In this document: in pieces, positions 50,980-64,000 of the stretch
Position numbering within the stretch: position 1 is the stretch's first letter
Layout of the letters: each line of letters opens with the position of its first letter
Assembly: GCF_006345805.1 (NCBI RefSeq)
Contig: NC_043001.1
Coordinates: forward strand, 88,598,001-88,662,000
Source of the DNA: Octopus sinensis
Taxonomy: Eukaryota
Direction of reading: 5' to 3'
Length of the DNA: 64,000 nucleotides
Notes under the pieces: generated by a model
The model's input: the letters and a program-made list of their open reading frames with translations, nothing else
What the model was told of the DNA's origin: nothing
Database searches by the model: none
Position numbers and translations under genes: made by a program

Positions 50980-51599
50980 GTTTTCTCAAATTGAAACCAA
51001 CTCCCAAAGTATTGTTATTATGTGGGTTCTTTAGTATGTTTTGTGTGTGTATTCATTTTCTAACCCTAAATGACTTGACATCAATGTATGTGCCACAACC
51101 TGTAATCATAAGTAGAATGTGACAAAGAAACCACATGAAGTTAATGCATTTTTAAAAACATTTATTGTCAGTTGCTTTAACATTTCATAGTCCCCACTTC
51201 AAGTTGACTTAGCTTATTAGATTAGTGCCCCAAGTATCTCCTGAACTTCAGTATAAATATGAGTAAAAACCTACACATGGCAGTCATTCATATGTTCTTC
51301 CAGTTTCATCCAGATTTTGTTGAAATTGATAACAGATATCCCATGCCTAACCCAGATGAAATAATTGTCTTATTGTTTAAACCAACTATCGTTTCTGAGC
51401 CTGCAAACCTAGAATTAAAAGTATCCCAATTATGACTTTTTCAGGCACACTATAAATGTGTCATTCCTTTTATATATTATAAAGTGTGATTTGAGGGCTG
51501 CTATCTCAAGCAAGTTGGGTGACTGCATGGAAAATCCATCATTACATCAGCAAATAAAATGTATTTCGATTTGAATGCCAATTATCTACCCAATTATCT

Positions 51600-51950
51600 G
51601 CAACTGAAGCTGCAAACCTTTTAAATCTGACCATATAGCAACTTATAAAAAAAATGACACAAGGGTAGTTTTACATGAATGTTCTGTTCTGGATGATGTC
51701 CAAGCTTTACTTGTACTGCAAACTTGTGCAGTTCTACCATTGTCTGATCTTTAACCCTTTTTTTACAAACCCACCTGAGTCTATGATACAAATTTCCTGT
51801 TTTAAAGTCATCTAAATTAAAATCTTCCATTAGAATTTCATCTTAAACTATTTTCCAAATATCAGCTTAATAATGAGTTATTTCTCTAAATTATTCATTA
51901 TTTTCAAAATTATTTGAAACAAAGACAGTGTATTTCAACCACAATATGAT
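51600..51950 (-). mobile_element. Possible decayed mariner transposase N-terminal fragment
   Basis: Minus-strand EDFNLDDFKTG resembles mariner GDFSLEDEPRSG, with decayed HTH-like sequence upstream. Confidence 0.3.
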
Positions 51951-52224
51951 TACAAAAGAGTTAATGTTACAATATTACTTTTATCACTTTTTTCACATGG
52001 CATTATATTTTGTTATATTATAATTTATTATATTATGTCATTATTATTATTATACCTCTCTTAAACTAGCAACTATGATTTTGTGTTGTAATGGTATTGT
52101 CAAAATATATTGATATATCAAAACATATGTATCAAGATATATGTTATATCATTATTGAATAAAAAAAAATAAGCAAACAAGTAAGAAAATAAACCTTACA
52201 GCATTTAAATAAGTTACTGTTGTT

Positions 52225-53320
52225 AAGGTAGTGGAGTGGCATACATGAGTGGAGTACCAAGCAAAAAAGCTTTATGATACTTTTTGCACTTGGAATTCAA
52301 ATCCCTCAATTGATGATTTCATTTCTTCACTTTTGTTCTGATAATATACTGACATCATTTCTATATTCCATACATCCCACACCTTACAAATTGATAGGCA
52401 TCAGCAAATGTTAGAAATTATTGTAGTTGTTGTGGTGATATAGTGCAGCAGTTTTATTTCATTGCTAAAGCCACTTTACTATACTCATGCTGTTGGGAAA
52501 TGCATAACTATCACAACATAGATCTTTCTGAAGAGTCAGAACTAGGACTATGGTATTTTGTTGCAGCCCTTTTACAGTCTGAGTTCAAATCTTGCTAGCA
52601 TCAACTTTGCCTTTCTGCTTTCCGAGGTTGATGAAATAAAGTACCAGCCAAATATTGTGGCCAATAGCATTGACTAATCCCCTCCACTCAAAATTACTGG
52701 CCTTCTGCTTAAATTAGAGACAATTATTACTATTGTAAAGGTGGTAAATTAGCTAACGTATTAGAGCACTGCAGCATTTCTTCTGGCTATGTATATTCTG
52801 AATTCAAATGTACTGAATTGAACATCATTTTTTCATCTTTTCAAAATTGATAAAAATAAAGTGTAAGTCATGAAGTCAGTATACCTGGCTGTTCTCTCTC
52901 CACAAATTTGTGACCTTGTACCTAAATTATATATTATTATGATTAGGGTTGTGGATTAGCAGAACCATTAGTGTTGGTAAAAATACTTTGCAATATTTGT
53001 TCCAGCTCTTTATGTTCTGAGTTCAGATCTGCCATGGTCACTTTGTCTTTCATCCTTTCCATAGAAATAAAGAACCAGTCAAGTACTGGAGTTAATGGTG
53101 TCAACTATTCCTTCCCCCGCAAAATTGCTGGCCTTGTGCCTAAATTACAGAGAATTATTCTTAACAACAGGAAGGCAATGAGCAGACAGGATCCTTAATG
53201 CATTGGACAAAATTTTTGTGCAACATTTCCTCCAGTCAAGTACTGGGGTTGATGTAATTGACTTGCCCACTTCCCTCAGAATTGCTGGCTTTGTGCCAAA
53301 ATTAGTAACAGTTATTATAA
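52225..53320 (+). mobile_element. Array of about five same-orientation SINE copies
   Basis: The repeated block (ct)gagttcaaat...tttcatc..tt...gataa.ataaagtaccag...tactgg...ggccttgtgcctaaatta..attatt starts near 52225, 52540, 52737, 52945 and 53170. Confidence 0.75.
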
Positions 53321-54082
53321 ACATCAGAATTACTTGAAAGTGAACAAATCAGATTTTAATAAAATTTTGTGTTTTTAAAATTAACTTTCATTACTGCCTT
53401 TTGGATTTTTCTCATCAAATCTGACTCCACTTCTACCCCTCTTCCCTCTCTCCTCTTTCTTGCTCTCCCTCTTCTGAAAAGGGAATAAAATTACATGATT
53501 TTTTTGTGGTTTATTTTGGATTGATTTTTGTTCCTTCACCACTCCCCACACAAAATGCCAAGTATTTTTAACAGTTGATTTTGTGTGGTTGTACCTTCTG
53601 TGCTATTCTCTGTGACTGGTTAGAACTGCTTCCAATTTGGCATTTGTATAAAGCATGCCAATCGCCATTTCTCACTGGAGAGTTTTACTTCCTTCACTTT
53701 AGAACTCTCTCAACATTTAGTTCTTTCACTCACATCAACGCTGGCTTTTCAGCAAGTTCTCTTGATGAACCAGCGGGCTGAACAAACAATGTCACCTTCT
53801 TGGAGGCATTTTCACACACCCTACTAGCACTGCCGTCGCCTCCATGTTGTTTCATTTTGGATCAACCATCTGTACTGGAAGAAGATTTAATTTAGCTAAG
53901 CATCGCATGCTCAACTACTAGACACACTTACAGACTACTAAAAGTGGTGACCGTTTGGCTAAACTCTGAATGGGATGCTGGTCCATTACAGGGTTATCTT
54001 ACCAGCTATTGGTGAAATTCATTTGAGTTGAGTAGACTGGAGCCACATGAAATAAAGTGTTTTGCTCAAAAGCTTGAAGCAC

Positions 54083-54121
54083 TGAAGGTGCATGGCCTAA
54101 CTACTAGGCCATGCACCTTCA
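54083..54121. repeat. Perfect 17-bp hairpin with a 5-nt loop at the head of a minus-strand SINE
   Basis: TGAAGGTGCATGGCCTA-actac-TAGGCCATGCACCTTCA. Confidence 0.95.
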
Positions 54122-54771
54122 CCCACCAGTATCAAAGGCCCTGTAAAAATGTTATGAGCACTTACCCATCTTTCTCTGAATAAACTGTAAATATATAGCC
54201 TCTTAGTATGAATATTATTTTTATGACAGAATTAGTAGCGCTTTCTGGATTCAACATGTGGTGTTTAGTTTCTCTTCTTAGGTTCTGAATTCAAATACAG
54301 TTCATATGGGCTTCCCCTTTTAAATTTAACTTCACTTCACTTTACCGTTGTGAACATATACTCTGAGCTGCAACCTTTTTTTTCTCCTACATTTTTTTTT
54401 TTTTACTAATAAAGTCATTTGCTAAAGGTCAGTATTTTATTCATGTGTATATTTAATTCTCAGTTACCAACCTATAAGTTAAAATATGATTTTCCCAATT
54501 AACCTGGCTAGCAGAAATTCTCTTTGAAACACTAAACATCCATTCCACCCTGACTTTCCAATCCTTAAGACCACTGACACTGGAATTGATCCAAGTTAAG
54601 AAATAGTCCTACAGATATATTGTGTTTTGTGATAGGACTAATGTTAACTAACCAGTGCATCCAAACCATTGTCATAATACTATAATACATGTCTTCCTTT
54701 AGATTTTTTAGATTTTGTTATTGTTAAATTGTTCCCCTTTTTTGCTCTCCAAATTGGGGTGTTTTTATTAT

Positions 54772-54811
<40 letters not shown>

Positions 54812-55271
54812 GATGTTTTTCTGTATTTTTAATCAAAAATGCATACATATCTGTGTGTATGTATGCATACATACATACACGTGTGTGTATGTATATCTAT
54901 ATCTATTTATATATATATCTATCTATCTATATATATATATATGCCTAGTACAATATTTTTCACCACTGAGTAGGTGTAGTAAGACTTCATCGTGCTCATT
55001 CCTTTCACCAGTTTAAAGACCGGATCCTTTCCATTTGGCATTGTCTGTCTTGTCTAAATTTATTTTTTATCAGCTGATCTTAATGGAATTATCTCCTTTT
55101 TCTTTTTCTTTTTTACATTTTAAACACTCTTAGAAGGAGATTTTTGTCTACTAATTGGCCTGGATGATCTCAGTTGATCAACACACTATTACATAATAAA
55201 ATAACATTACTACTAAAATAACTATTAACAAAAACTGTGAGTGTGTATGTGTGTGTGTGTGCATATGTACA

Positions 55272-55309
<38 letters not shown>

Positions 55310-58300
55310 TGTACATGTATATTTCATATGCGTGTATGTGTGGATATATATATATATTTCAACTGTTTCAAGTTCTGATTCACACTGTGTTGTATATAAA
55401 ATATTGTTTAATTAATGACATTCCAACGAAAGCAAATGCAGAAAAATTAAGATGTCTACAACTGTGGTCACATAATTTATGACGGCTGTATATTTATGGT
55501 CACTACTGTATGCGATTGATTGGGGAAACAATTAGGGTACATCTTTTTTTATGTGTGGCCAACAAACCATAAGACCTTCTATCAGGAAACTCCCTCCCTC
55601 TTCTTTGCACTCATCATAAAGGGCTTACATTATTTCACCCCACCTAGGCTTTGTTCTATTTAAATTTCATTTCTACTGATTCATGGTCTGTTATGCATAA
55701 AACACACACACAAATGTATTTATTTGTATTGGATATATGTGCAAGCACTTATATACATGCATACATGTTTATAATTTAAGGCATATACATATAAAGATAC
55801 AATTGTGTGTGTACACATATATCCATCTATCTGTTTATATATGTGTATAATGTTGGTAGTTCAGCCATCAGATTTGATGATGACCTAGCAACTTCAAAAA
55901 AAAAAAAAAACAGGTAAAAAGAAAAAGAGAATGAATGAAAAGGTTATAAAATGATACCTATAGTTATGTTCATCTATTGGTGATCATTGAGGACAACATT
56001 TCAGCCATATGGCACCTCAACAGAAGATGCAACCATGTGGGGAACAGAGAATTACACCTGCTTCCACTTACACTACAGCTTTTCTGTGTGTCTAGAGCTA
56101 AGGAAGTTGTGGGATTTTATCATGATAGATGTGTGATACCCCCACTGCTGCCATAAAAGGTCCACCATCAGTGGCTCTGAGAAGTTTCAACTATCACTAA
56201 TCAATGAAGACTGCAACTAACTACACAGCTTATCAACAAAGAATGCAGTCATAGAATGGGGGAAGGTGGGAAGGGTTGTTGGCAGAAAACCTTGACTGCT
56301 CCTCTTTACACAACACCTTCCTTGTACCTGAAACTAAGGATCTATGGTATTTCATTATTACAAATGTGCTGAGCACTCCAACCACTACCACGAGACCTCT
56401 TACTATGTATCAGTTTATTATGTACTATACATACTGAACTTGCTAGACACAAGTGCTAAACTAGCGCGTGACCGAATATAATGATCATTGGCAACTAAAC
56501 TGGCATTTGCACCAAGCTTGCTTGGTAAGAAAGATGACTTGTGATATCCTGCCGAATGAAAAGCAAGACTTGTCAAAGGCAAATGAATCTAAAGGAGGTA
56601 AAGGCTGTACAGTAATGTCTACATATATACATCAAATATTTGTGTGTATTTAGTAGCATGTTTTCATTTATTGACCAAATGAAGCATAAAAGAAATAAGT
56701 AACATTCATGGTTTTGAAGTTGGTGACCGCAGGCCTATAGGAGAAACTGTTGCAAGTGGTAACATACTATCATATTGGGTTAGAAGCCATGATGCAGGGC
56801 ATACAACTGGAATGATACTTTATAGCCTGGATATGCATCAAATTACACGGCTCTGTAAGGTTTGAAGATCCTTGTAGTCACTTTGTCAATCTACTACCTC
56901 ACATAAAAGTTCAGTTGTCTTGGTTTTATCTTAACCACTGAGCAAATTGTATAAGAATGAGAGAGTCTGATGGGCATGCAGCTCTTTCTCACTTTCAAAA
57001 GCATTGCACTAACCTAGTATTTGTGTCTAGTGAGGAAAACTGTGTGGTGCATGCATGCCCTCACACACATCATATTGAGTCAAATCTTGAGCTCTGTATA
57101 CTGATCAACTGATCAGTAGACTTTAGCTGTTCAGAGATGTCTGTTGACTCAGTTAATTTTCTTTTGTTTAATATCCACTTCTCACTGGAAATTTCCATCA
57201 CATACTCTTTCTCTCTCTCTGACCTGCATGCACACTCATACATACACAGACAGACACACACATGTCTACATCCTCACTTTTACCCCCTCTCTGTTGCTCT
57301 CTCTTTATATCTATGTGTCTACTGAAATTTCTCCCTTTCTTACACACTCTGTGTGTGTGTGTCTCTCTCTTTCTTGCTCTCTCACACATTGTCTTACTAG
57401 AGGTCTTCCTGTCTTATTAATTATATTATTGTTTACCTACCAACCTATTATCTATTTTGTGTGAGTGTCTATTTATCTCCACTTGTCCAACAACTAATCT
57501 CTCTACTTAAATGTGTCCCTCTCTGTCTCTTTCTTCTATCTGCCTCTCTCTCTTTATTCCCCACCACCAACCAACACCTATGAAACAAGTACTATATGAA
57601 GAATCTAGCTCTACCCATATTAACAAATTTCATAAGGCACCCCTCCTAGACTTTCTACCTATTCTACACCTATGCTGTTATGTTTCATCCCCTAGGGAGT
57701 ACACAACAGGTTAGTAACAATGGCCAGTCACAAGGAACACCACCTCCCACACCCAGCTTTACTGCTGCAGGTAATTATTCTATTCTCCTTTATATCTCTA
57801 CAACTAATACCCTACATTTGCACTTGTTTCTACCATCAATTACACCACCTTTACTAATAACAAATACTAAGGATAACTATGGAATCAGTTTGCTCTTTTG
57901 TATTTAGTTTGTTTGAAATATATATATATGAAGATTTTTGGTTGTTTTTTGTTGTGTTTATATTTACTCATGTTTTTATCAAAGAGTAACATTTTGATAA
58001 AAAGTGTAGTTCTGTATTACCTCTTGGTAAGTGGGATAAGAGATGTAAGCTATCATCATCACCATCATCATCATTGTCATTAGTGCTGTTGTTTATGTTT
58101 GAGTTTTTCCTGTAATGGCTGATATTGAACAGTAACCCTCTATATAATACACCTTCTCGCCATCTTATCAACTTTCATCATTCTAGGTCTCACCTATTTT
58201 CTTAATTTGAAGTCCTCTTTGGTCTTCATCTGTCACAAATTCTTTTCATGTCCACCTGGACTACATTTTCATCCACCCAGCATCCTCCAGTTACATTAAT

Positions 58301-60884
58301 TGCCCACTGTATGAGTTTAAGAATCTTTTTCATCTATATATGCTAATATTCTGAGCCCAGGAGTTTTCTCTTCTCTCTTCTACTTAGATTTCATGAATTA
58401 TCATTGTACATTTAACTGGCCATATTTACTTTGTTCCTCTACAGTAGCTGTAAATATTATACGTTCAATATCCATGTCTCACTGCTATACATTATTACTC
58501 CCTTTACACACATTACATATTATACACACATATAATCTGCTAAATTCCTTGCCTTGTGTCTCACTACCATACAATCTGAAAGATCATACCTGCTTCACTG
58601 CCATCACATATGCCATCATACATCTTACACACATATCTTAAAAATGAAGAATAATACATCAGATAATGTAGTCCTAAGTGAACTATGTCCAAATAAAAGA
58701 TAGAATCTCAATGATCATGATTGAAACATCTTTGATCATAAGTCTAGATCAAATTTAAATAACAGCACATCACAAACACACTACATATAATACATTATAT
58801 GCGCAGCCCCTAAAACCAGATTCACTGTTGTCTTAGTTTTCTATATCCCACCAGTGGGTTGTTGCTCTGGAGAAATTTAGTGAATGCAATGTTATTACTT
58901 CTGGCATCAATAAAGCTTTTGACGACATCTGCTCCTCTTGAGCTCCACTCACATCTCATCTCTTAAAATGGTAGCTTCTTATCAAATCACACTCACATCT
59001 ATTGACAAAGCACTTTCTCTACCTCACTCTATCAATTTTGCATCCCTTAGGTTCATTATGTTCCCTCCACTCTCTTAACACATCAATGACCTACTTGTCA
59101 TCACATTTACCATCACCTGCCCTTGCACAGCTGATACTACACTTCATTCTTCCCTAATCATTCCTAATTATGCATCAGCCACATACAACCTAGATACCAC
59201 ATATCAAAATCCATACCGATTCCATAAATAGTGACCTCAAATCAATCTCTAAAAGGAAATGCCAATCTTGTTTCATTTAACTATGAAGTACCACAGATGG
59301 TACTCATTACTCTATACTTTTCTGTAAACATGTAGCATGCAACTAGAGCCATCACAATCTCTCCATATGATGATCCATACTATCATTGAGGATCACTCCT
59401 GACAAGAGCACATTGTTAACATACCAAGGGCTGTATCACCACAAGTGGCCCTATGCTTCAGAGCCCATGTGATCTCTACTCAGTTATATGCAACCCCTTC
59501 ATCTCTCCCCTTCTCAACATATTGTTGTGTCCAAACACATCCTAATGCTAACCCCTCAATGACCACTATGTCTGTCCAGTGTTCCTCCAGAAGATTGTCC
59601 TTTGGAACTCACTCCTTGTCTTTCACACAGGTGTTAACTTGCTATGGTTCAGAAGGAACATTAATGGCATCAATCTCGGTAGTTTATGAGAACCCATGAA
59701 GGACATGAACATGCACACACACACACACACTCTAGAGCAAGCAAGTAAAAAGAAATTTTTTTTTAATGTTTCACTATTACATGTTACACCTATTGTATAC
59801 ATCACATTCACTGTCCATCTTTCAATACCATACATCTTCACATTTCATACAACCGGCCATGTAATGATCATCAAAATATGTTTCATCTTTGTCAAACCCA
59901 ATCTTAAAAGTAATTACCTCATGCAGATAACATTACCAACATTATTGTCAGCTATATATCAAGGTAACAAATCACTGCTAGTTTGGTATCTCAGTAACAA
60001 TGTCATCATTATTACTGCTAGCTAGATATCAATATATCAATGTCATCATCATACCACCACCATCATTGCCAGTTAAATATCAGGGTATTAATATCCACTC
60101 ATTTGATGGTCTTCCTTTTATAACTGCTGTTAACTGCTCTATCATACAATTACAGCATGGTGTTTATTTGACCACGGGCACAATAGAACACTAATTACAG
60201 GATATAAACTACCGACCTTCCAATACCCTAACACCTCAGCAATCCAGATCTCTTAAGTTACCAATGATAACCAGAGAATCTGCTGTCATATAATCAGCAA
60301 TTAACAAAAAAGAAAAACACTCTTCTATTACTACTTCTTGACTTCTGTTCAGTACACTTTATATATTTAATCGATTCTGCAAAGTTCATGCGTTGCCTGT
60401 CATCCATGTTTATCTGTTTTTACACTTTATATTTTACTACAGCTTCTTCTGTATAGATAAGATGAACAGGCTTATTATAGCAACTCAGTCAATAAATCAT
60501 CTTTCTTATATCTTCCTATAACTTATCACTGTTGTGCTTAATGCATTTTAAACACTGCAACAGCACGTATACAATCAGTCTACACAGTTATTTCTGATTG
60601 ACCTATTCATATTGACCACATCCAGCAGTGTGTCTGTGTGTGTAGTGTATATGTCTGTATGTGTGTATAAATTAGCTATTATGGAAACAGTTAAAATTTT
60701 AAATATAAATTATATATGATATTTACAAGCACTCCTAAAAACAAATAAAAAGGAGAACTACTTGTTACCCACCTGCAGTTGATATCCTAACAGAGTGGAT
60801 AACCTTGTTTTCTTTTTTACAATTTTAATCAGTGCTCATAACCATTATTTGCGTGTGTATGTGTTTGTAGGCTATATAGGCACA

Positions 60885-61260
60885 GATATAGCTTTGTGGT
60901 TAAGAAGTTTGCTTACCAGCTATATAGCTTTAGGTTCAGCCCTGCTGCATGACATCCTGGGCAAATGTCTTCTGCTATAACCCCCATTGAAAAGACCTAC
61001 TGTGGGTTTGTGTGTATATATGCACATATGTGTTTGTTTGAATTTGTATCTCTCAAACAGTTACTCAGCTACTAGCAGTGATGTTGTCCTTTATTTTTAC
61101 AAATCTGCTGGCTTTGCAGTTTCAAAGACAAGTGAAATAAGAGATCCCTTCCATGTAAAGTAGGTAAAGGTTAGTGATAGGAAGGTTATTCACCTATGAA
61201 ACAATGCCTCATTACTGTAATCATTTAACCCATTCCAGAATGGAAAGACAAATGTGAAAA
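60885..61260 (+). mobile_element. tRNA-derived SINE with an RTE-type tail
   Basis: gctttgtggttaagaagtttgctt...ggttcagccctgctgcatgacatcctgggcaaatgtcttctgctata...ggttagtgataggaagg. Confidence 0.7.
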
Positions 61261-64000
61261 CAAATATATTTAGATAACCTTAATCTTTGGGTAGGACTGT
61301 GTGCATACTTGTGTGTACTTTACAGAATACAGTGATTTTGAATAGTCTTTGTATGTAGCATCAAATTTACACTTTAAAGCTTTTGTTTGAAAGTTAGATA
61401 AAATAAGTAGTTATTTGTGTGTGAATATGTGTATACATTACATACATAGCTGTACCTTTCCATTTATACATAGTGTGTGTAAAGAGGTAGTAAACATGTA
61501 TTAACTGTAGTAATTTAATTGTTAGTGTTTTTCTCCTATGCTGTCATTATGTCAAATTACTGGTTTTAACTCCTGTATTTATTGCACCATTTCATAGTAG
61601 ATTACCCTTCATTAACTTTACTGGCAATCAACTTCAGCTAGTTAAGTGGCTTGTGTCAGAGCTATGAGCAGGTTTCAAGAGAGGTTTTTACTCCAGGTGT
61701 TATGTGTACACAGACATAACTTTCTGAAACTATTTGAAATGCAAATTGTTTAGCAAAGTGAAGTAAAATTGTTAGTATGTTGGTGTTTTCTAAAATTAGT
61801 TCTTGTTTTGATTTGTTTAATAGTTAATTAAGCATATGAAGGTTATTTATCAGTGTTGTACCACCTAAGAGCATTCAGTATCCTGCTATAGTTATGAAAT
61901 CTGATCAGTATAAAACCATGAACAGAACTATATTCTTTTATCCTATAATGTCAAGATTCTACTTTAGGATTTGATTGATGAGATGAGTTGGATGTTTCAT
62001 TAACATATAATCTCCATTTCACCATTTATAATATACAATCCAAGGACCAATACAAAGTCTAAGTCTGTTTCTAAAATTTCAACATCTTGTAGCTAACTTG
62101 ATAGAAGCACACAAGATTATCCACGATCTTTCCAACAACAGCTCTAGCCACTTTTCTCTGTTCAATACCTTTTATTACCTGTAAACATGCTCATAAAATC
62201 AAAAAACAGCATAGCATACAGACTTTCAGAAACCATTTTTCATACTCACAATTGCAGAAGCTTGAAATAAACTGTGTTGGTCGTTAGATGTCTTGACATT
62301 GTATCCTTCAAAAATTCTAAGCTTCCCCAAATTTGCCAATATCAGTCCTGATGTACCCTTTCTTGTTTATGGCTCATTTTCTGTTCATTTTTCTGAATTT
62401 TTTGTTGTATTTTGTTCTGTGCATGTGTAGTTTTGGCTATCAATTTTGTTTGTCTTTACTTAATGCTGCTTTCTGTTCCTCTTTCACCCTTTTCTGATTA
62501 ACTGTAGTGTACCAGAGCAGTGTATACAATAAGCTCATTATTATAATAAATCATGTTTGTTGATCATTAGCTTAATTTATGAAATGGGAGAGCAGTTTTA
62601 ATACTTGATTTCTTGTACAAATAATTTGATTTTTTTTTAACAATGCTTTATTTTTTTTGATTTAATCATTATCATCATTATCATCATCATTTTAATATCT
62701 GCTTTTCCATGCTTGCATGGATTGGACAATGCATGGTTCATTGACCTTTTGACATTTCAACTTTATTGAATTCTTTGTTTCTCTAAAAGCTTCTTTTCCA
62801 CATAATTATCATTTTATTAACTACCAAATTATAATGTAACGTTGTTTATATTTTTATCTGATTATTAATGAGAGGCTTTAGTGACTGAGTTTCTACTACC
62901 TAGATAGTTTCGATGATGGATGGACCTTATTGGATCATTAGCCTTAGCTATAATTTAGTTGGATAAATGATATCTCAAGTCATTCTTTTTACTTCCAATA
63001 TAATCTATACAATTTGTTGTTTTATTTTTACCACTAAAGACTGACTTTTTTTGTTTGATTCATTATTTCTGATTTGATTCATTCTTTCAACATATTCTCC
63101 CACCCTTACTAATGTATATATATAATTGCAGTGTTATTCTTTCTCTCCACATCACTCCAAACGTCATTACAATGGATTATAAAACTACACATTTGTGTAG
63201 CATTATATTTTATTTTATCAAAGAAGTAACTTACCTCAGATTTTATGTTTAGAATACTTTTTATGCTGTCTTGAATACATTGTTAGAACGATGTTCTGAC
63301 TAAACTTGAAATACATCTCATAATTGATTAGTAATTCATGAACAACTACTATTGACTTTTTGATGGCAGTGGTGGAATGGTGTTGTTGTTGTTGGTAGTG
63401 GTGGTGTTTAGCCTTAGATCAGCCATAATTGAGCAGAACTATGATCAAAGGTGTTCCAGCTGTCTTCGTGTGTCAGGGACTTATCCTTCTTTATTTAAGA
63501 CATTGCAATTCAAGGGATACTTGGCTGCTGTTCCTAACACAGGCTGCCACCATATCTTTGATAATATTTATAGTGTATACTTATGCTAGGGCCTAAATAG
63601 GTTAGCTACGCTGGCCCATGCTGTTCTACAGCTGCTTCCCTTCACATTTACAGCAATTACCCATTGTACAATTGACACTTGGTCGGTCAATAATACAGTT
63701 ACTATGATTTATATACACCTGGTTAATGTAATCACACAAAAAACGGCATTTATTTCATTTCCACAAAGCAATTTATCACAGTTTTAAATGATCAATGGTT
63801 TTGTATCTGTGCTAGGATATAGTAAAAGTCAGCCATTGAAGAGTACAGTTGCCACTGCTAACCCGACTAGTAAGAATGATCTTACCCAAGTATTATTGAG
63901 ATAAAGCAATGGAGTTGATTACAACATTGCAAGATAAGCATATATCAGACATTAATTAAAAAGCTTCATCTAGAAATCTTTGTTGGTTATGGAAATGCTG

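Noticed and set aside
53575-53870. GC-elevated coding-like segment on the minus strand
   Set aside because: Stops in all frames and no family motif could be identified. It is probably a decayed transposon.
55134-55178. Strong acceptor followed by (K/E)GDFCLLIGLDDLS-stop
   Set aside because: KGD resembles invertebrate linkers, but there is no credible donor or nearby poly(A) evidence.
3073-60980. Numerous 60-140-aa ORFs rich in YI, HT, CV, SL or ER repeats
   Set aside because: These are translations of (TA)n, (CA)n and (CT)n microsatellites, or antisense shadows of the LINE ORF.
63132-63230. TACTAAT plus ttgcag acceptor with a hydrophobic short frame
   Set aside because: No similarity to hub or linker sequence, and the phase is ambiguous.
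1-64000. CRISPR arrays, rRNA genes or true tRNA genes
   Set aside because: None seen. The tRNA-like segments are SINE heads without complete cloverleafs, and the DNA is eukaryotic intron sequence.

Overview
This is AT-rich, microsatellite-dense animal genomic DNA. Its repeat landscape (RTE-type 3' tails ending in (GAT)n, tRNA-derived SINEs, long (TA)n tracts) best fits an octopus or other coleoid cephalopod; that assignment is inference. The window lies inside a very large + strand CaMKII gene. Three exons are unambiguous: the kinase C-lobe end (15587-15709), the T286 regulatory exon (18778-18861) and the CaM-binding exon (24353-24395, ending in phase 1). No hub (association) domain exon is recognisable in the remaining 39.6 kb. 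That stretch instead holds phase-1 candidate linker exons: two 9-nt microexons (INK at 25205, GVK at 47901) that together echo the canonical linker, a 926-nt exon encoding a 308-aa S/P/Q/Y-rich tail and a stop (41297-42222, with an internal in-frame donor at 41755), and short candidate terminal exons. These suggest a possible set of hub-less CaMKII isoforms. The regulatory segment has unusual residues (AAAV at alpha 278-281; Val at A302). The introns carry a near-intact antisense CR1 LINE, a near-full-length D,D34D mariner, a DD37D maT derivative, pogo/Tigger MITEs, RTE fragments, SINE arrays, Penelope-type hammerhead-ribozyme-like motifs and several foldback hairpins. Candidate exons, editing and ribozyme claims are sequence-only hypotheses.
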